A DNA stretch of 64,000 nucleotides from Mobula hypostoma (GCF_963921235.1 NC_086097.1:221962001-222026000); one strand, 5' to 3'. Counted from the first letter of the stretch, positions 49,401 through 60,207 are shown. A program made the numbers and translations. The notes: generated by a model not told the origin, from the sequence alone.

Positions 49401-52400
49401 AACAAGATAAGAGCCCATGGAATTATGGGAAAGTTACATACGTGGATAGAGCGTTGGTTGATTGGCAGGAAACAGAGAGTGGGAATAAAGGGATCCTATT
49501 CTGGTTGGCTGCCGGTTACCACAGTTCCACAGGGGTCCGTGTTGGGGCCGCTTCTTTTTATATTGTACATCAACGATTTGGGTTATGGAATAGGTGGCTT
49601 TGTGGTTACATTTGCAGACGATATGAAGGTAGGTGGAGGGGCCAGTAGTGCTGAGGAAACGGAGAGTCTGCAGAGAGACTTGGATAGATTGGAAGAATGG
49701 GCAGAGAAGTGGCAAATGAAGTACAATGTTGGAAAGTGTATGGTTATGCACTTTGGCAGAAAAAATAAACGGGCAGACTATTATTTAAATGGGGAAAGAA
49801 TTCAAAGTTCTGAGATGCAACGGGACTTGGGAGTCCTCGTACAGGATACCCCTAAAGTTAACCTCCAGGTTGAGTCAGTAGTGAAGAAGGCGAATGCAAT
49901 GTTGGCATTCATTTCTAGAGGAATAGAGTATAGGAGCAGGGATGTGATGTTGAGGCTCTATAAGGCGCTGGTGAGACCTCACTTGGAGTACTGTGGGCAG
50001 TTTTGGTCTCCTTATTTAAGAAAGGATGTGCTAACGCTGGACAGGGTACAGAGAAGATTCACTAGAATGATTCCGGGAATGAGAGGGTTAACATATGAGG
50101 AACATTTCTCCGCTCTTGGACTGTATTCCTTGGAGTTTAGAAGAATGAGGGGAGACCTCATAGAAACATTTTGAATGTTGAAAGGCATGGACAGAGTGGA
50201 TGTGGCAAAGTTGTTTCCCATGATGGGGGAGTCTAGTATGAGAGGGCATGACTTAAGGATTGAAGGGCGCCCATTCAGAACAGAAATGCGAAGAAATTTT
50301 TTTAGTCAGAGGGTGGTGAATCTATGGAATTTGTTGCCACAGGCAGCCGTGGAGGCCAAGTCATTGGGTGTATTTAAGGCAGAGATTGATAGGTATCTGA
50401 GTAGCCAGGGCATCAAAGGTTATGGTGAGAAGGCGGGGGAGTGGGACTAAATGGGAGAATGGATCAGCTCATGATAAAATGGCAGAGCAGACTCGATGGG
50501 CTGAATGGCCTACTTCTGCTCCTTTGTCTTATGGTCTTATGGACACAGAAGTAGAATTAGGCCACTTAACCCATTGAGTCTGCTGCAATGTTCCATCATG
50601 GTTGATTCATCATTCCTCTCAGCCCTACTCTCCTGCCTTCTCCTGTAACCTTTGACACCCTTACTAATCAAGAACGTATCAACCTCAGCTTTAAATATAC
50701 TCAATGACTTGGCCTTCACAGCCATCCACGGCAATGAATTCCTTAGATTCACCACTCTCTGGCTAAAGAAAATCCTCTTCATCCTTGTCCTAAAGTGACA
50801 TCCTTCTATTCTGAGGTTGTGCCCTCTGGTCCTAGACTCCTCCACTGGAGGAAATATCCATTCCACATTCACTCTATTGAGGTCTTTCAAATTTGATGGG
50901 TTTCACTGAGATTTTCCCTCATTCTTCTAAACACCAGCATGTACAGACTCAGAGCCATCAAAAGACCTAGTTTCAACCTGTTTATATTGGGATTATGATT
51001 AATTCTTCGTGCCTTTAGAAGAGATGCATAACAGGAATAGAAAGAGTTTTCTATGTAATTCAAGCAGATTGGCTTGAGACGTCCCGAATTATCCTCCATT
51101 CCAGGAATGCTACAAAAACATGTGCTTTCACAAAAACAAGCCCCATAATAGAATGAGGTGGAGGATAAATGAGTGGATGAGGGATTGGAGCACGGGGCAG
51201 GGATTCAGATTTCTGGATCATTGGGACCTCTTTTGGGACAGGTGTGACCTGTACAAAAAGGACGTGTTGCACTTCGATCCCAGGGGGACCAATATCCTGG
51301 TGGGGAGGTTTGCTAAGGTTACTGGGGAGAGTTGAAACTAGAATTGCTGGGAGGTGGGATCCAAACTGAAGAGACCGTGGAACGGGTGGTTGGCTCACAA
51401 ATAGAGAAAGCTTGGAGACAGTGCGAGGGGGAGGATAGGCAGGTGATAGAGAAGGGATGTGCTCAGATGGACGGTTTGAGATGTGTCCATTTTAACACAA
51501 GGAGTATTGTGAACAAAGCGGATGAGCTTAGAGCGTGGATCAATACTTGGAGCTATGATCTGGTGGCCATTACAGAGACTTGGATGGCTCAGGGACAGGA
51601 ATGGTTACTTCAAGTACCGAGTCTTAAATGTTTCAGAAAGGACAGGGATGGAGGCAAAAGGGGTGGGGGTGTGGCACTGTTGATCAGAGATAGTGTCACG
51701 GCTACAGAAAAGGTAGACGTCATGGAGGGATTGCCTATGGAGGCTCTGTGGGTGGAGGTTAGGAACAGGAAGGGGTCAATAACTTTACTGGGTGTTTTTT
51801 AGAGGCCACCCAATAGTAACAGGGATGTCAAGGAACAGACAGGGAAACAGATCCTAGAAAGGTATAATAATAACAGAGTTGTCGTGATGGGAAATTTTAA
51901 TTTCCCAAATGTCGATTGGCATCTTCCTAGAGCAAGGCGTTTAGTTGGGGTAGAGTTTGTTAGGTGTGTTCAGGAAGGTTTCTTGACACAATATGTAGAT
52001 AAGCCTACAAGAGGAGAGGCTGTACTTTATTTGGTATTGGGAAATGAACCTGGTCAGGTGTCAGATCTCTCAGTGGGAGAGCATTTTGGAGATAGTGATC
52101 ATAATTCTATCTCCTTTACAATAACATTGGAGAAAGATAGGAACAGACAAGTTACAAAAGTGTTTAATTGGAGTAAGGGGAATTATGAGGCAATCAGGCA
52201 GGAAATTGGAAGCTTAAATTGGGAACAGATGTTCTCAGGGAAAAGTACAGAAGAAATGTGGCAAACGTTCAGGGGATATTTGTGCGGAGTTCTGCATAGG
52301 TATGTTCCAATGAGACAGGGATGTTATGGTAGGGTACAGGAACCGTGGTGTACAAAGGCTGTAATAAATCTAGCCAAGAAGAAAAGTTTACAAAAGGTTC

Positions 52401-55119
52401 AGAGAGTTAGGTAAGGTTAGGGATCTAGAAGATTATAAGGCTAACAGGAAAGAGCTTAAAAAGGAAATTAGGAGAGCCAGAAGGGGCCATGAGAAGGCCT
52501 TGGAGAGCAAGATTAAGGAAAACCCCAAGGCATTCTACAAGTATATGAAGAGCAAGAGGATAAGATGTGAAAGAATAGGACCTATCAAGTGTGACAGTGG
52601 GAAAGTGTGTATGGAACCGGAGGAAATAGCAGGGGTACTTAACAAGTACTTTACTTCAGTATTCACTATGGAAAAAGATCTTGATGATTGTAGTGCTGAC
52701 TTGCAGCAGGCTTGAGCATGTAGATATTGAGAGAGAGGACGTGCTGGAGCTTTTGGAAAGCATCAAGTTGGATAAGTCACCGGGACCAGATGAGATGTAC
52801 CCCAGGCTACTGTGGGAGGCGAGGGAGGAGATTGCTGAGCCTCTGGCGATGATCTTTGAATCATCAGTGGGGACAGGAGAGGTTCCAGAGGATTGGAAGG
52901 TTGTGGATGTTGTTCCTTTATTCAAGAAAGGGAGTAGAGGAAATTAGTAACTTATAGACCAGTGAGTCTTACTTCAGTGGTTGGTAAGTTGATGGAGAAG
53001 ATCCTGAGAGGCAGGATTTATGAATATTTAGAGATGTATAATATGATTAGGAATAGTCAGCATGGCTTTGTCAAGGACAGGTCGTGCCTTATGAGCCTGA
53101 TTGAGTTTTTTGAGGATGTGACTAAACACATTGATGAAGGAAGAGCAGTAGATGTAGTGTATATGGAATTCAGCAAGGCATTTGATAAGGTACCCCATGC
53201 AAGGCTTATTGAGAAAGTAATGAGGCATGGGATCCAAGGGGACATTGCTTTGTGGATCCAGAACTGGCTTGCCCACAGAAGGCAAAGAGTGGTTGTAGAC
53301 GGGTCATATTCTGCACGGAGGTTTGTGACCAGTGGTGTGCCCAGGGATCTGTTCTGGGACCTTTATTCTTCGTGATTTTTATAAATGACCTGGATGAGGA
53401 AGTGGAGGGATGGGTTCATAAGCTTGCTGATGACACAAAGGTTGGAGGTGTTGAGGATAGTGTGGAGGGATGTCAGAGGTTACAGCGGGACATTGATAGG
53501 ATGTAAAACTGGGCTGAGAAGTGGAAGATGAAGTTCAACCCAGACAAGGGTAAGGTGGTTCATTTTGGTAGGTCAAACAGATGGCAGAATATAGTATTAA
53601 TGGTAAGACTCTTGGCAGTGTGGAGGATCAGAGGGATCTTGGGGTCCGAGTCCATAGGATGTTCAAAGCAGCTGTGCAGGTTGACCCTGTGATTAAGAAG
53701 GCATACAGCGTATTGGCCTTCATCAATCGTGGAATTGAATTTAGGATCTGAGAGGTAATGTTGCAGCTATATAGGACCCTGGTCAGATCGCACTTGGAGT
53801 ATTGTGCTCAGTTTTAGTTGCCTCACTACAGGAAGGACATGGAAACCATAGAAAGGGTGCAGAGGAGATTTACAAGGATGTTGCCTGGATTGGGGAGCAT
53901 ACCTTTTAAAAACAGGTTGAGTGAACTCGGCCTTTTCTCCTTGAAGTGACTGAGGATGAGAGGTGACCTGATAGAGGTGTATAAGGTGATGAGATGCATT
54001 GATTGTGTGGATATTCAGAGGCTGTTTCCCAGGGCTGAAATGGTTGCCACAAGAGGACACAGGTTTAAGGTGCTGGGGAGTAGGTGCAGAGGAGATGTCA
54101 GGGGTAAGTTTTTTTACTCAGAGAGTAGTGAGTGCATGGAATAGGCTGCCGGCAACGGTGGTGGAGGTGGATACGATAGGGTCTTTTAAGAGACTTTTAG
54201 ATAGGTACATGGAGCTTAGAAAAATAGAGGGCTATGGGGAAGTCTAGTAATTTCTAAGGTAGGGACGTATTCGGCACAACTTTGTGGGCCGAAGGGCCTG
54301 TATTTTGCTGTAGGTTTGCTATGTTTCTATGTTTTTAATAATGCTGCAAATGGCCCACTGGGAGATTGCCCTCTTTCATTTGTGGTTCTGTACCCAGGAC
54401 TAACGCTGGGTCCAACCTAGGCAAGCAAGGAGAAAGGAATCCCAGAGTCTCATTTAATTAGTCTAGCAAGGTGTTCAGAAAACTTGGCTAACTTATTTAT
54501 TTGTTGATTGAGGTCCTTCCAGCACTTCTGGCCCTTCAAGCTGTGCTGCCCAGCAAACCCAAATTTAACCCTAGCCTAATCATGGAGCAATTTACCATAA
54601 CCAAATAACCTACCAATCTTTGGACCTTGGGAGAAAACTGGAGCACCCAGAGGAAACCCATGCAGTCACCAGGAGAACATACTTGTTTGATACCTTTATT
54701 CATTTTCTATGGACATTTTTCATAAATAGGGTTGTTTCCTAACTAAATGGATTTGGAGAGTTAATGCAAGGCGTCCAAAATTGCAGATGATACTAAACCC
54801 GGAGAAACAATTAAACCAAAGTGATAATGAAGTAATTACAAATAATATTCATGAAAGTGCAAATATTTCTGGCACATCAGAGCCCGAACAAAATGAAGCA
54901 AGGAACCAATTCCTGTCTTGAACCAAAGGATAGCCATATAGTGATCAGACCTGATTTTCCTTGTCGAACATTCCCGGTGTTTCCATAGAGCTGAGGGCAT
55001 TCTGTGTTTCATTGGCGAAAGCAAAGGGCCGTGAAACAATGATGATGTATGTTATTGGTAGCAGTAGTAATGAAAAGAGAGCCATGTTAAAAACATGTGC
55101 CCTAAGTCCATACGCTCGC
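22201..55119 (-). CDS. TRPA1: TRPA1 (transient receptor potential ankyrin 1) gene, 3' portion: 9 coding exons, 5' exons outside window
   Basis: Nine exons with GT/AG ends and matching phases (169+90+170+130+183+69+111+101+256 nt) translate to about 425 aa colinear with vertebrate TRPA1 from AYGxRAH through [24 protein letters not shown] and KQKYRLKD to the stop. Confidence 0.95.
22543..22643 (-). CDS. TRPA1: TRPA1 penultimate exon: [33 protein letters not shown](R)
   Basis: Donor AG|gtgtgt; acceptor tcctacag| at 22644-22645. An in-frame alternative AG at 22656-22657 would add SFLQ. KQKYR marks the coiled-coil start. Confidence 0.85.
22999..25817 (+). mobile_element. Unclassified non-autonomous retroelement (CpG-rich head, (ATAATC)n tail), split by a CR1
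   Basis: Parts 22999-23403 and 25574-25817 join up and match the minus-strand copy at 63560-64000. Confidence 0.7.
23404..25573 (-). mobile_element. CR1 LINE 3' 2.2 kb (same subfamily as 42198-46055)
   Basis: RT ORFs 24055-24852 and 23486-24037; (CATAGAAAC)n tail at about 23404-23426. Confidence 0.92.
26951..27181 (+). repeat. Diverged local direct repeat, copy 1 (copy 2 at 27778-27995)
   Basis: Shared blocks ctcctcta, gttggaatt, cacagtaacaga, ttttgctgaggttttttt, tggaacaaagatatgca, gttgcatgtaaatag. Confidence 0.75.
27428..27538 (-). CDS. TRPA1: TRPA1 exon: [37 protein letters not shown]
   Basis: Acceptor tcctacag|, donor AAT|gtaagc; 111 nt; matches human VELHTSLEKKLPLWFLRKVDQKSTIVYPNK. Read manually. 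Confidence 0.93.
27627..27695 (-). CDS. TRPA1: TRPA1 exon (S6 gate, TRP-like helix): [23 protein letters not shown]
   Basis: Acceptor tttag|, donor CAG|gtgagc; 69 nt; nearly invariant TRPA1 sequence. Confidence 0.95.
27778..27995 (+). repeat. Diverged local direct repeat, copy 2
   Basis: See 26951-27181. Confidence 0.75.
28035..29065 (-). mobile_element. Degenerate CR1 3' fragment
   Basis: ORFs 28123-28434 and 28613-28966 with CR1 RT C-terminal motifs; (CATAAGAC)n tail. Confidence 0.85.
29309..30672 (+). mobile_element. CR1 LINE 3' fragment (RT)
   Basis: ORFs 29317-30610 with stops and frameshifts; (TTCTATG)n tail. Confidence 0.92.
32375..32557 (-). CDS. TRPA1: TRPA1 exon (pore helices, S6): [61 protein letters not shown]
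   Basis: Acceptor tttgcag|, donor CTG|gtaagt; 183 nt; selectivity-filter motif MMLGDINY. Confidence 0.95.
32608..33350 (-). mobile_element. Degenerate CR1 3' fragment
   Basis: [16 protein letters not shown]... peptide and CR1 tail 50 bp from the pore exon acceptor. Confidence 0.8.
33785..34085. mobile_element. Two opposed Penelope-derived terminal fragments
   Basis: Degenerate hammerhead and cagcatctgcagattttctcttgtt terminus, then an inverted copy. Confidence 0.6.
35133..38940 (-). mobile_element. Penelope-like element split by a LINE inserted at 35248-38061
   Basis: Terminus 35133-35247 (...cagttgacatttcaggc) continues at 38062 (agctgagacctttcatcaggattgg); GIY-YIG and RT remnants at 38400-38940. 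Confidence 0.7.
35248..38061 (-). mobile_element. Near full-length ORF2 of an invertebrate-type CR1/Jockey-group LINE (APE endonuclease + RT), frameshifted
   Basis: [31 protein letters not shown] (APE); [47 protein letters not shown] (RT); [17 protein letters not shown]; (AGAAGC)n tail. Confidence 0.85.
39020..39560 (+). mobile_element. Penelope-like fragment in inverted orientation to the adjacent element
   Basis: Pyrimidine-rich tract and degenerate hammerhead cctgctgaaagatccaaaacatcgactg near 39474. Confidence 0.55.
39865..39994 (-). CDS. TRPA1: TRPA1 exon (S4-S5 linker, S5): (R)[43 protein letters not shown]
   Basis: Acceptor tctttcag|, donor CAG|gtaggt; 130 nt; ILKTLL...AFGLxFYILL motif. 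Confidence 0.93.
41165..41470 (-). mobile_element. CR1 RT fragment
   Basis: [39 protein letters not shown]. Confidence 0.85.
41510..41572 (+). mobile_element. 63-bp Penelope-terminus insertion with 10-bp TSD
   Basis: TSD ttcttctgtt at 41500-41509 and 41573-41582; insert matches the 3' arm of 42597-42747. Confidence 0.7.
41659..41828 (-). CDS. TRPA1: TRPA1 exon (S3-S4): [56 protein letters not shown](R)
   Basis: AG/GT boundaries; 170 nt; LQWxCG and NFLLYLQR motifs. Confidence 0.92.
42597..42747 (+). mobile_element. Penelope-derived insertion forming a perfect 56-bp-arm palindrome
   Basis: Arms 42596-42651 and 42653-42708; 13-bp TSD cctgtacaagaga at 42584-42596 and 42748-42760. Confidence 0.85.
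44708..44923 (+). mobile_element. Penelope-derived fold-back insertion with minus-strand hammerhead motif (44769-44802)
   Basis: TSD catgggag at 44700-44707 and 44924-44931; inverted arms of about 85 bp; minus strand reads CTGATGAAGGGTCTCGGCCCAAAACGTCGACTG. Confidence 0.85.
47021..47306 (-). mobile_element. tRNA-derived V-SINE (HE1-like)
   Basis: A box TAGCATAGTGG, B box GGTTCGATTCC, V-domain GTGGGTTTCCTCCGGGTGCTCAGCTTCCTCCCAC, (TAAA)n tail. Confidence 0.8.
48566..48655 (-). CDS. TRPA1: TRPA1 exon (S2): [30 protein letters not shown]
   Basis: Acceptor ttccacag|, donor CAG|gtaacc; 90 nt; CKExxQI motif of TRPA1 S2. Confidence 0.9.
48840..48971. mobile_element. Harbinger/PIF-like MITE end (one TIR)
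   Basis: Terminus tagtgtggccgtagcct (reverse AGGCTACGGCCACACTA) with a CpG-rich subterminal region. Confidence 0.4.
49035..50540 (+). mobile_element. CR1 LINE 3' fragment (RT nearly intact)
   Basis: 359-aa ORF 49095-50174 with PQGSVLGP and FADD, in-frame TGA then continuation to 50450; (TCTTATGG)n tail. Confidence 0.92.
50541..50965 (-). mobile_element. Older CR1 3' fragment, tail-to-tail with the preceding element
   Basis: ORF 50537-50890 [20 protein letters not shown]. Confidence 0.8.
51147..54333 (+). mobile_element. Near full-length degenerate CR1 LINE
   Basis: ORF1 remnant [14 protein letters not shown], then APE and RT fragments with many stops and frameshifts; CR1 tail. Confidence 0.92.
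54493..54682 (-). mobile_element. Partial V-SINE (lacks tRNA head)
   Basis: Similar to 47021-47230 (gagcacccagaggaaaccca). Confidence 0.65.
54951..55119 (-). CDS. TRPA1: TRPA1 exon (pre-S1/S1 and S1-S2 loop): (W)[56 protein letters not shown]
   Basis: Acceptor ttttactag|G, donor CAG|gtctga; 169 nt; matches human WLAYGFRAHMMNL...; N-glycosylation sequon NET. Not in the supplied ORF track, read manually. Confidence 0.88.
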
Positions 55120-55403
55120 CTAGTAAAACAGAAATAGATTAGAATTCTGTAAATATCAAAATTAGCATAAAAGTAGAATCATATTTACCCTTCCATATAC
55201 ATATTTTCATGTTGTTATGTTAGGTAATATGTTCTTGTAAGAGAAAGTAAAGCTAAACTATGATGCTTGCAAATTGTTTTGTTATTAATTATAATTAATT
55301 TTTGTCACTTAGAATTAAGAAAAAATACATTCAGCTTTTCTGGATGCTGGTGCAATCTATAGACTCGTGCAATGGAACTTGAGAAAAAATGGTTTGTAAA
55401 CAA

Positions 55404-55616
55404 CATACAAGAGAAAATCTGCAGATGCTGGAAATTTGATCAACACACACAAAATGCTGGAGGAACTCAGCAGGCCAGGCAACATCCATGAAAATAAAGT
55501 ACAGCCGAAGTTTCAGGCAAAGGACGAAGGGTCTCGGCCCGAAACGCCGACTGTACTCCTTTCCATAGATGCTGCCTGGTCTGCTGAGTTCCTCTAGCAC
55601 TTTTTGTGTGTGTTGC
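55404..55616. mobile_element. Penelope-derived fold-back insertion with partial hammerhead
   Basis: GACGAAGGGTCTCGGCCCGAAACGCCGACTG at 55523-55553; inverted arms; TSD ttgt(a/t)aacaa at 55394-55403 and 55617-55626. Confidence 0.7.
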
Positions 55617-56732
55617 TTGTTAACAAGTAAGGTTCTAACCTACCAGCAGATTTTGTAAGCGATGAAGATCTTTAAAACTTGCTGGGTTTTATCTACCTTT
55701 TTATAATTTGACATACACAAATTGCAGCTCATCTTTATCCTGACATTATTTTTAAGAATATGCAGGAGTTGCAAATAGATTTTCTATTAAACTTGCCCAC
55801 AGTAATTAACAGTGTAAACATTTTATTTTAACAACGTGGTCATTCGCCGTCCAATGGCAATCTTTCAGCATTAGAATGGTTCAGACTGTGGAATCAGATT
55901 CCTTCAAATTTTTAAGAATATTAAAAGTGATCAATAGTATTTCATTTATATTCATTTGTTAATTTTCTCTTTCAAGTACATTTCTTTTTCTTTAAATCCC
56001 ATCCTGTATTTCGACTTTATTCTGTATCTAATTTAACTGTGATGTAGTTTAATTCATTCTAAGCCATCCGTTAAATTATTTCACAGATCACTCACCAGAG
56101 AGAAAGCCAGTCTCTCCCGTGGCTTCACATATTTTACACCTTGCACCACTGCTGATTTACAGCTAAAAGATTTATGAAGTAAATTAGCTAACACAGCTTT
56201 CCTGTGATGCTGTACTTTAGATGTACTCCACACTGACTGTAGCTCAAGATAGTGTCAGAGTGAAATAAATTTGAGAATTAGACTTCCTGGAGTTCCTTAA
56301 CACAGAAATACAAGGAATAGGAGCAGGAGTAGGCCATCTGACCCTTCAACCTGGTCCCAGCTTTTAGTAATATCATGGCTGTTCCTCCCCAGTCTCGAAT
56401 CCTCTTTATTGCCAATTTCCATATCCCCATTACCCGATCCTTCAAAAAATTATCAACCTCCTCTTTATTTATCTTCAATGCTCAAAGCTTAATAATGTTC
56501 TGGAATTCCACAGATTCAGTACCCTCTGCAAGAGGAAATTCCTATGCCCCACAGTTTTAACTGACAGAACCCCCCCCCCAACCCCACCGGCAACTTAAAG
56601 TAACTATGTCCCTTTGAAATCTTCCTGATGGTGAAGATATCTTAATATTTCAATTTTGCAGTTAGGATTAGCTTGGATTGACTTTATGGCCAGCACAAAC
56701 ACTGTGGGCCAAATGGCCTGTTCCGGGTATTC

Positions 56733-57291
56733 TACAGTACTGGGCAAAAGTCTTAGGCACATACTGTATATATAGGTAGGGTGCCTAAGACATTTGCATA
56801 GTATTGTAGTAATTTTATGATGGCACTGTACCTCTGCCACAAAATAAACAAATTTGATGACATATGTGGGTGATGATAAACCTAATCTTGATATGGGTCT
56901 CTATTGTGGATTGAGAGTGGGAAGGGGGCAGGGAGAGGGGAATCATGACTGGGAAAAGGCGAAGTGAGAGGGGAGGGAGCGGGAAGCACCAGAGAGACAT
57001 TCTGTAATGATCAATAAACTAATTGCTTGGAATCAAATGACCTTGCCTGATGTCTCATGGGTGGGTGTGTCTACACCTGTGCCAACCCCTGCCCCAGAAT
57101 TCCTTCTCACACCTGTCCCACACTCTACCTGCAGTTCTCCACTCTCACCATTCCCAATGTCCTTTGTTCCAGACAGATTTACAAACTCATTCTCCACTTC
57201 ACATTGACAAACTCAGTACCGTGCATAAAACTTAGGCATCCTAGCTACACGTATACTGTATATGTGACTAAGACGTTTGCACAGTACCGTA
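56733..57291. mobile_element. Composite Tc1/mariner-type non-autonomous element bounded by two inverted mini-MITE units
   Basis: Units 56733-56808 and 57214-57291 each carry both TIRs (CAGTACTGTGCAAAAGTCTTAGGCAC-like); TA at the outer ends. Confidence 0.65.
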
Positions 57292-60207
57292 TCTACTTTG
57301 CCTTTCTGTCATGTCCTCTTGTGATCTTACATGCTTTAAGAAAGATCACCCCTCATTCCTATAAGCTCCAAAGAATACAGATCCAACCTAATGGAAGTTT
57401 ACAAGAGTATTTAAGGATCGATATTCGTTTCAGGATTCTCAACAGTTGGACTTGATGATGCTTATAAACTTCAGTTTAGCATGCACCATTCCAGATGGAA
57501 GATCACTGAGGCATGCCAGGCCAGGAGAAATATATTTCATCGTACCTTGGCAGAGAGGAGAAACAGCCTGTGTCTGTGGCCCTGTGGTGACTCCAGGATT
57601 CTGCATACGTTCAGGGTGCCGCTGTTTCTTTGCACAGCGTACACTGAATACACCTGCTACTTTCCAGATGGGCACGCCGACATATGTACAACAACTAAAA
57701 TGTCTCACACTTCCTCAACGAGGAGCTGGTGTGTGATCAGAAGCAGCACAAAATGGAGATCAGTGCTCAATAACCTGGCAGCATTTGTACAAAAGTCCAT
57801 TGCACCATCTGCATTTGAACTACATTAACCACCCAGTGAGGTAACATGCGCCGTCCACTGTTAATATGGTTCAGAATTATACAATGCAACTCAGAAGTGA
57901 CGTGCAGGCAATGGAAACCATGCTGCTTTGTTAAATATGATAGAAGCAAACTGTGATGTTCTGAAACAATGATCCCACCCTGCAGGACCACTATAGTCTT
58001 CAGTTTGCAAGTGTTCGGATTTGTGGTGAACTGCTATTTGGTACACAACCTTGCCATAACAATAATACAAGTCCTGCCACCAGGTATAACCAAAGGAAAA
58101 TAAAGAGAAGGAGCAAAGAAGGAAGTGGCCAGTTTCGACATTACCTTTATACCCAAGCCATCCGTAAACAACTCATTCAGCTGATGATATTGGTGAACAA
58201 CTTCAGGAGGGACAGGATACCTCTCAACTTTCCTTTCCTACTGACAATAACATTGTAAATTTCTTTGAGCTCCTTATTCACTCCACTATTTCAGGAAGGT
58301 TTTCTGGATCTTCTTACATAAAAACGATAAAAAATACTTGTTAAATTTTTCTCTCATTTCCATTATTTACTGGTATAACATTTTTCCCAGTTTCTGTAAG
58401 GAACTTTAGCCATTCCTTTCCTTTATACAGATCTACAGAAATTTGTATCATCTGTTTTCTGCTTCTTGTCAGACCATTTACTGTTCTGCTTGCTCTTTGA
58501 TTATCAACACCCTTTGCTGAATTTTGAAACTTCCTCAATCATCAGGCTTCCTGCTTTAATGGTAATCTTGAAAGCCTTTTCCTTCAAACTAATACTATCT
58601 CTATTTTTCTTGATAGCTACAGTTAAGATTACTTTTCTTGCTGATTGTATTATTCCTTTAATTGCTCACCACTGCTCATTTCTTTCATACCTCTTAAAAT
58701 AGTCTCCCAATCTACCATAGGATATTCATCCTTATGCCTTCATCATTCATGTTGTGCTGATTTAACACTCTGTTTCAGATTGAACTGAATAACTTTCTCT
58801 TTTTTATATAAAATTCTATCATATTATGATCCAATTCTTCAAGGCTATTTAACTATTAAATCATCGATCAGCAGTCTCTCGTTAGATCATAAAAAGTCTA
58901 AAATAGTCTTTTCTTCACTGGCCCCTTAACCTATTGATCACACGCACTCCATGGATTTATGCTATGATTTGTAAACTAGGCAAATAAAATTAAGAGCAAT
59001 ATGCTGATTATTAAACAAGCATCGAGATTCTTAATGCCCCCACATTTCTACTTTAACTTGGGATTATGGACACCAATGTTTCCCATCACTTACTGTTTCA
59101 CAACTCTACCCACACACGGCTTTTCTGTGATAAGTTTTTCTATCTCTACTGCCTTTGTCTTCTCCTTATTGTTAGGGCTACACCTCCACACCTTCCATTT
59201 ATCTGTCTCTTTGAAAGTTATGTATCCTGGAATATTTACTCTTCTTGCTTGGCTACTTTGAAGCTATATTTCCATAATAGTTATTAGGTGGTCCCCATAT
59301 ATTTCTGTTTATAACATTCGTTCACCTACCTTTTTACAAACATTGTTTCTGTTTAGATTTTAAAAAAAGCTTTCAGTTGGTCTTTTAGCCATTCTTCTCA
59401 GCACTGACTTTAATTGCAGCTATCATGATTATGTTACCTTACATTATCACTCTTCCTTCATTTTGCCTCATCAGAACCTTACCCCTTGCCCACTCAATGA
59501 TTCAATGTCTTACCTCGTATTTAGAGACCCTGTCATTCAATTTCCTAGAATTTTGATCCCAGCCTGAATCAAGTAAAGCCTTTCCCAACAGAATAGTTTT
59601 CCCTTTCCCCGGAAGTTAACACCACTTTCCCATTTCTCCCAAATCAGTGTCTGAGTTACTGATTCAGTTCTCTAATTTTGGTTACTCAGTTCCAATTTCC
59701 ACGTGGATCAGTTCATAGTCCAGAGGTTACTACATCTGTAGTTCTGCTTTTATTTATACTTTCAGTATGATGTCCTTCTTTATCCTCACTATGTCTTTGG
59801 TTCCCATTTGGACCATGTTTCCCTCCAGAGGAGGTGATAGAGTTCTGGCTCCAAGCAAGCAATGCCTCTTTCAGGATACAACCTGACAGGTGTAGAAACC
59901 AGTATCGATCCCCCAAAATGTATAGTTTCCTTTCAACCACTGCGCTACTGTTCATTTCCCCAGCTTGAATGGTTCTCAGTCCACAGTGCTTCGATTGGTT
60001 TTCTCATCAGCTCTGCAGCTTCTGCTGTCCTCCATGCAGACTGAAAGAACCCCGTCCCTTTAGAACAAGTACAAGAATGTAGCTGCTGCCAGTATGACTG
60101 TCTCCACACAAGCCTCACACATGGCAAAGCATCCCCCCTCTCCTGAATGACCATGTTCACAGTATCTCATCTAAGGAGTGTAACTGCATCCTAATTTGGA
60201 TTAGAAG

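Noticed and set aside
54836..55039. 67-aa minus-strand ORF
   Set aside because: Wrong frame overlapping the real TRPA1 S1 exon.
20375..55616. Recurrent hairpin repeats as CRISPR-like array or miRNA cluster
   Set aside because: Dispersed, each with its own TSD and variable truncation; explained by Penelope-derived insertions.
57760..57845. KSIAPSAF (MCM-like) and LNYINHPV (TRPA1-like LLNHPV) short peptides on the plus strand
   Set aside because: Too short, no flanking similarity, and the wrong strand for TRPA1.
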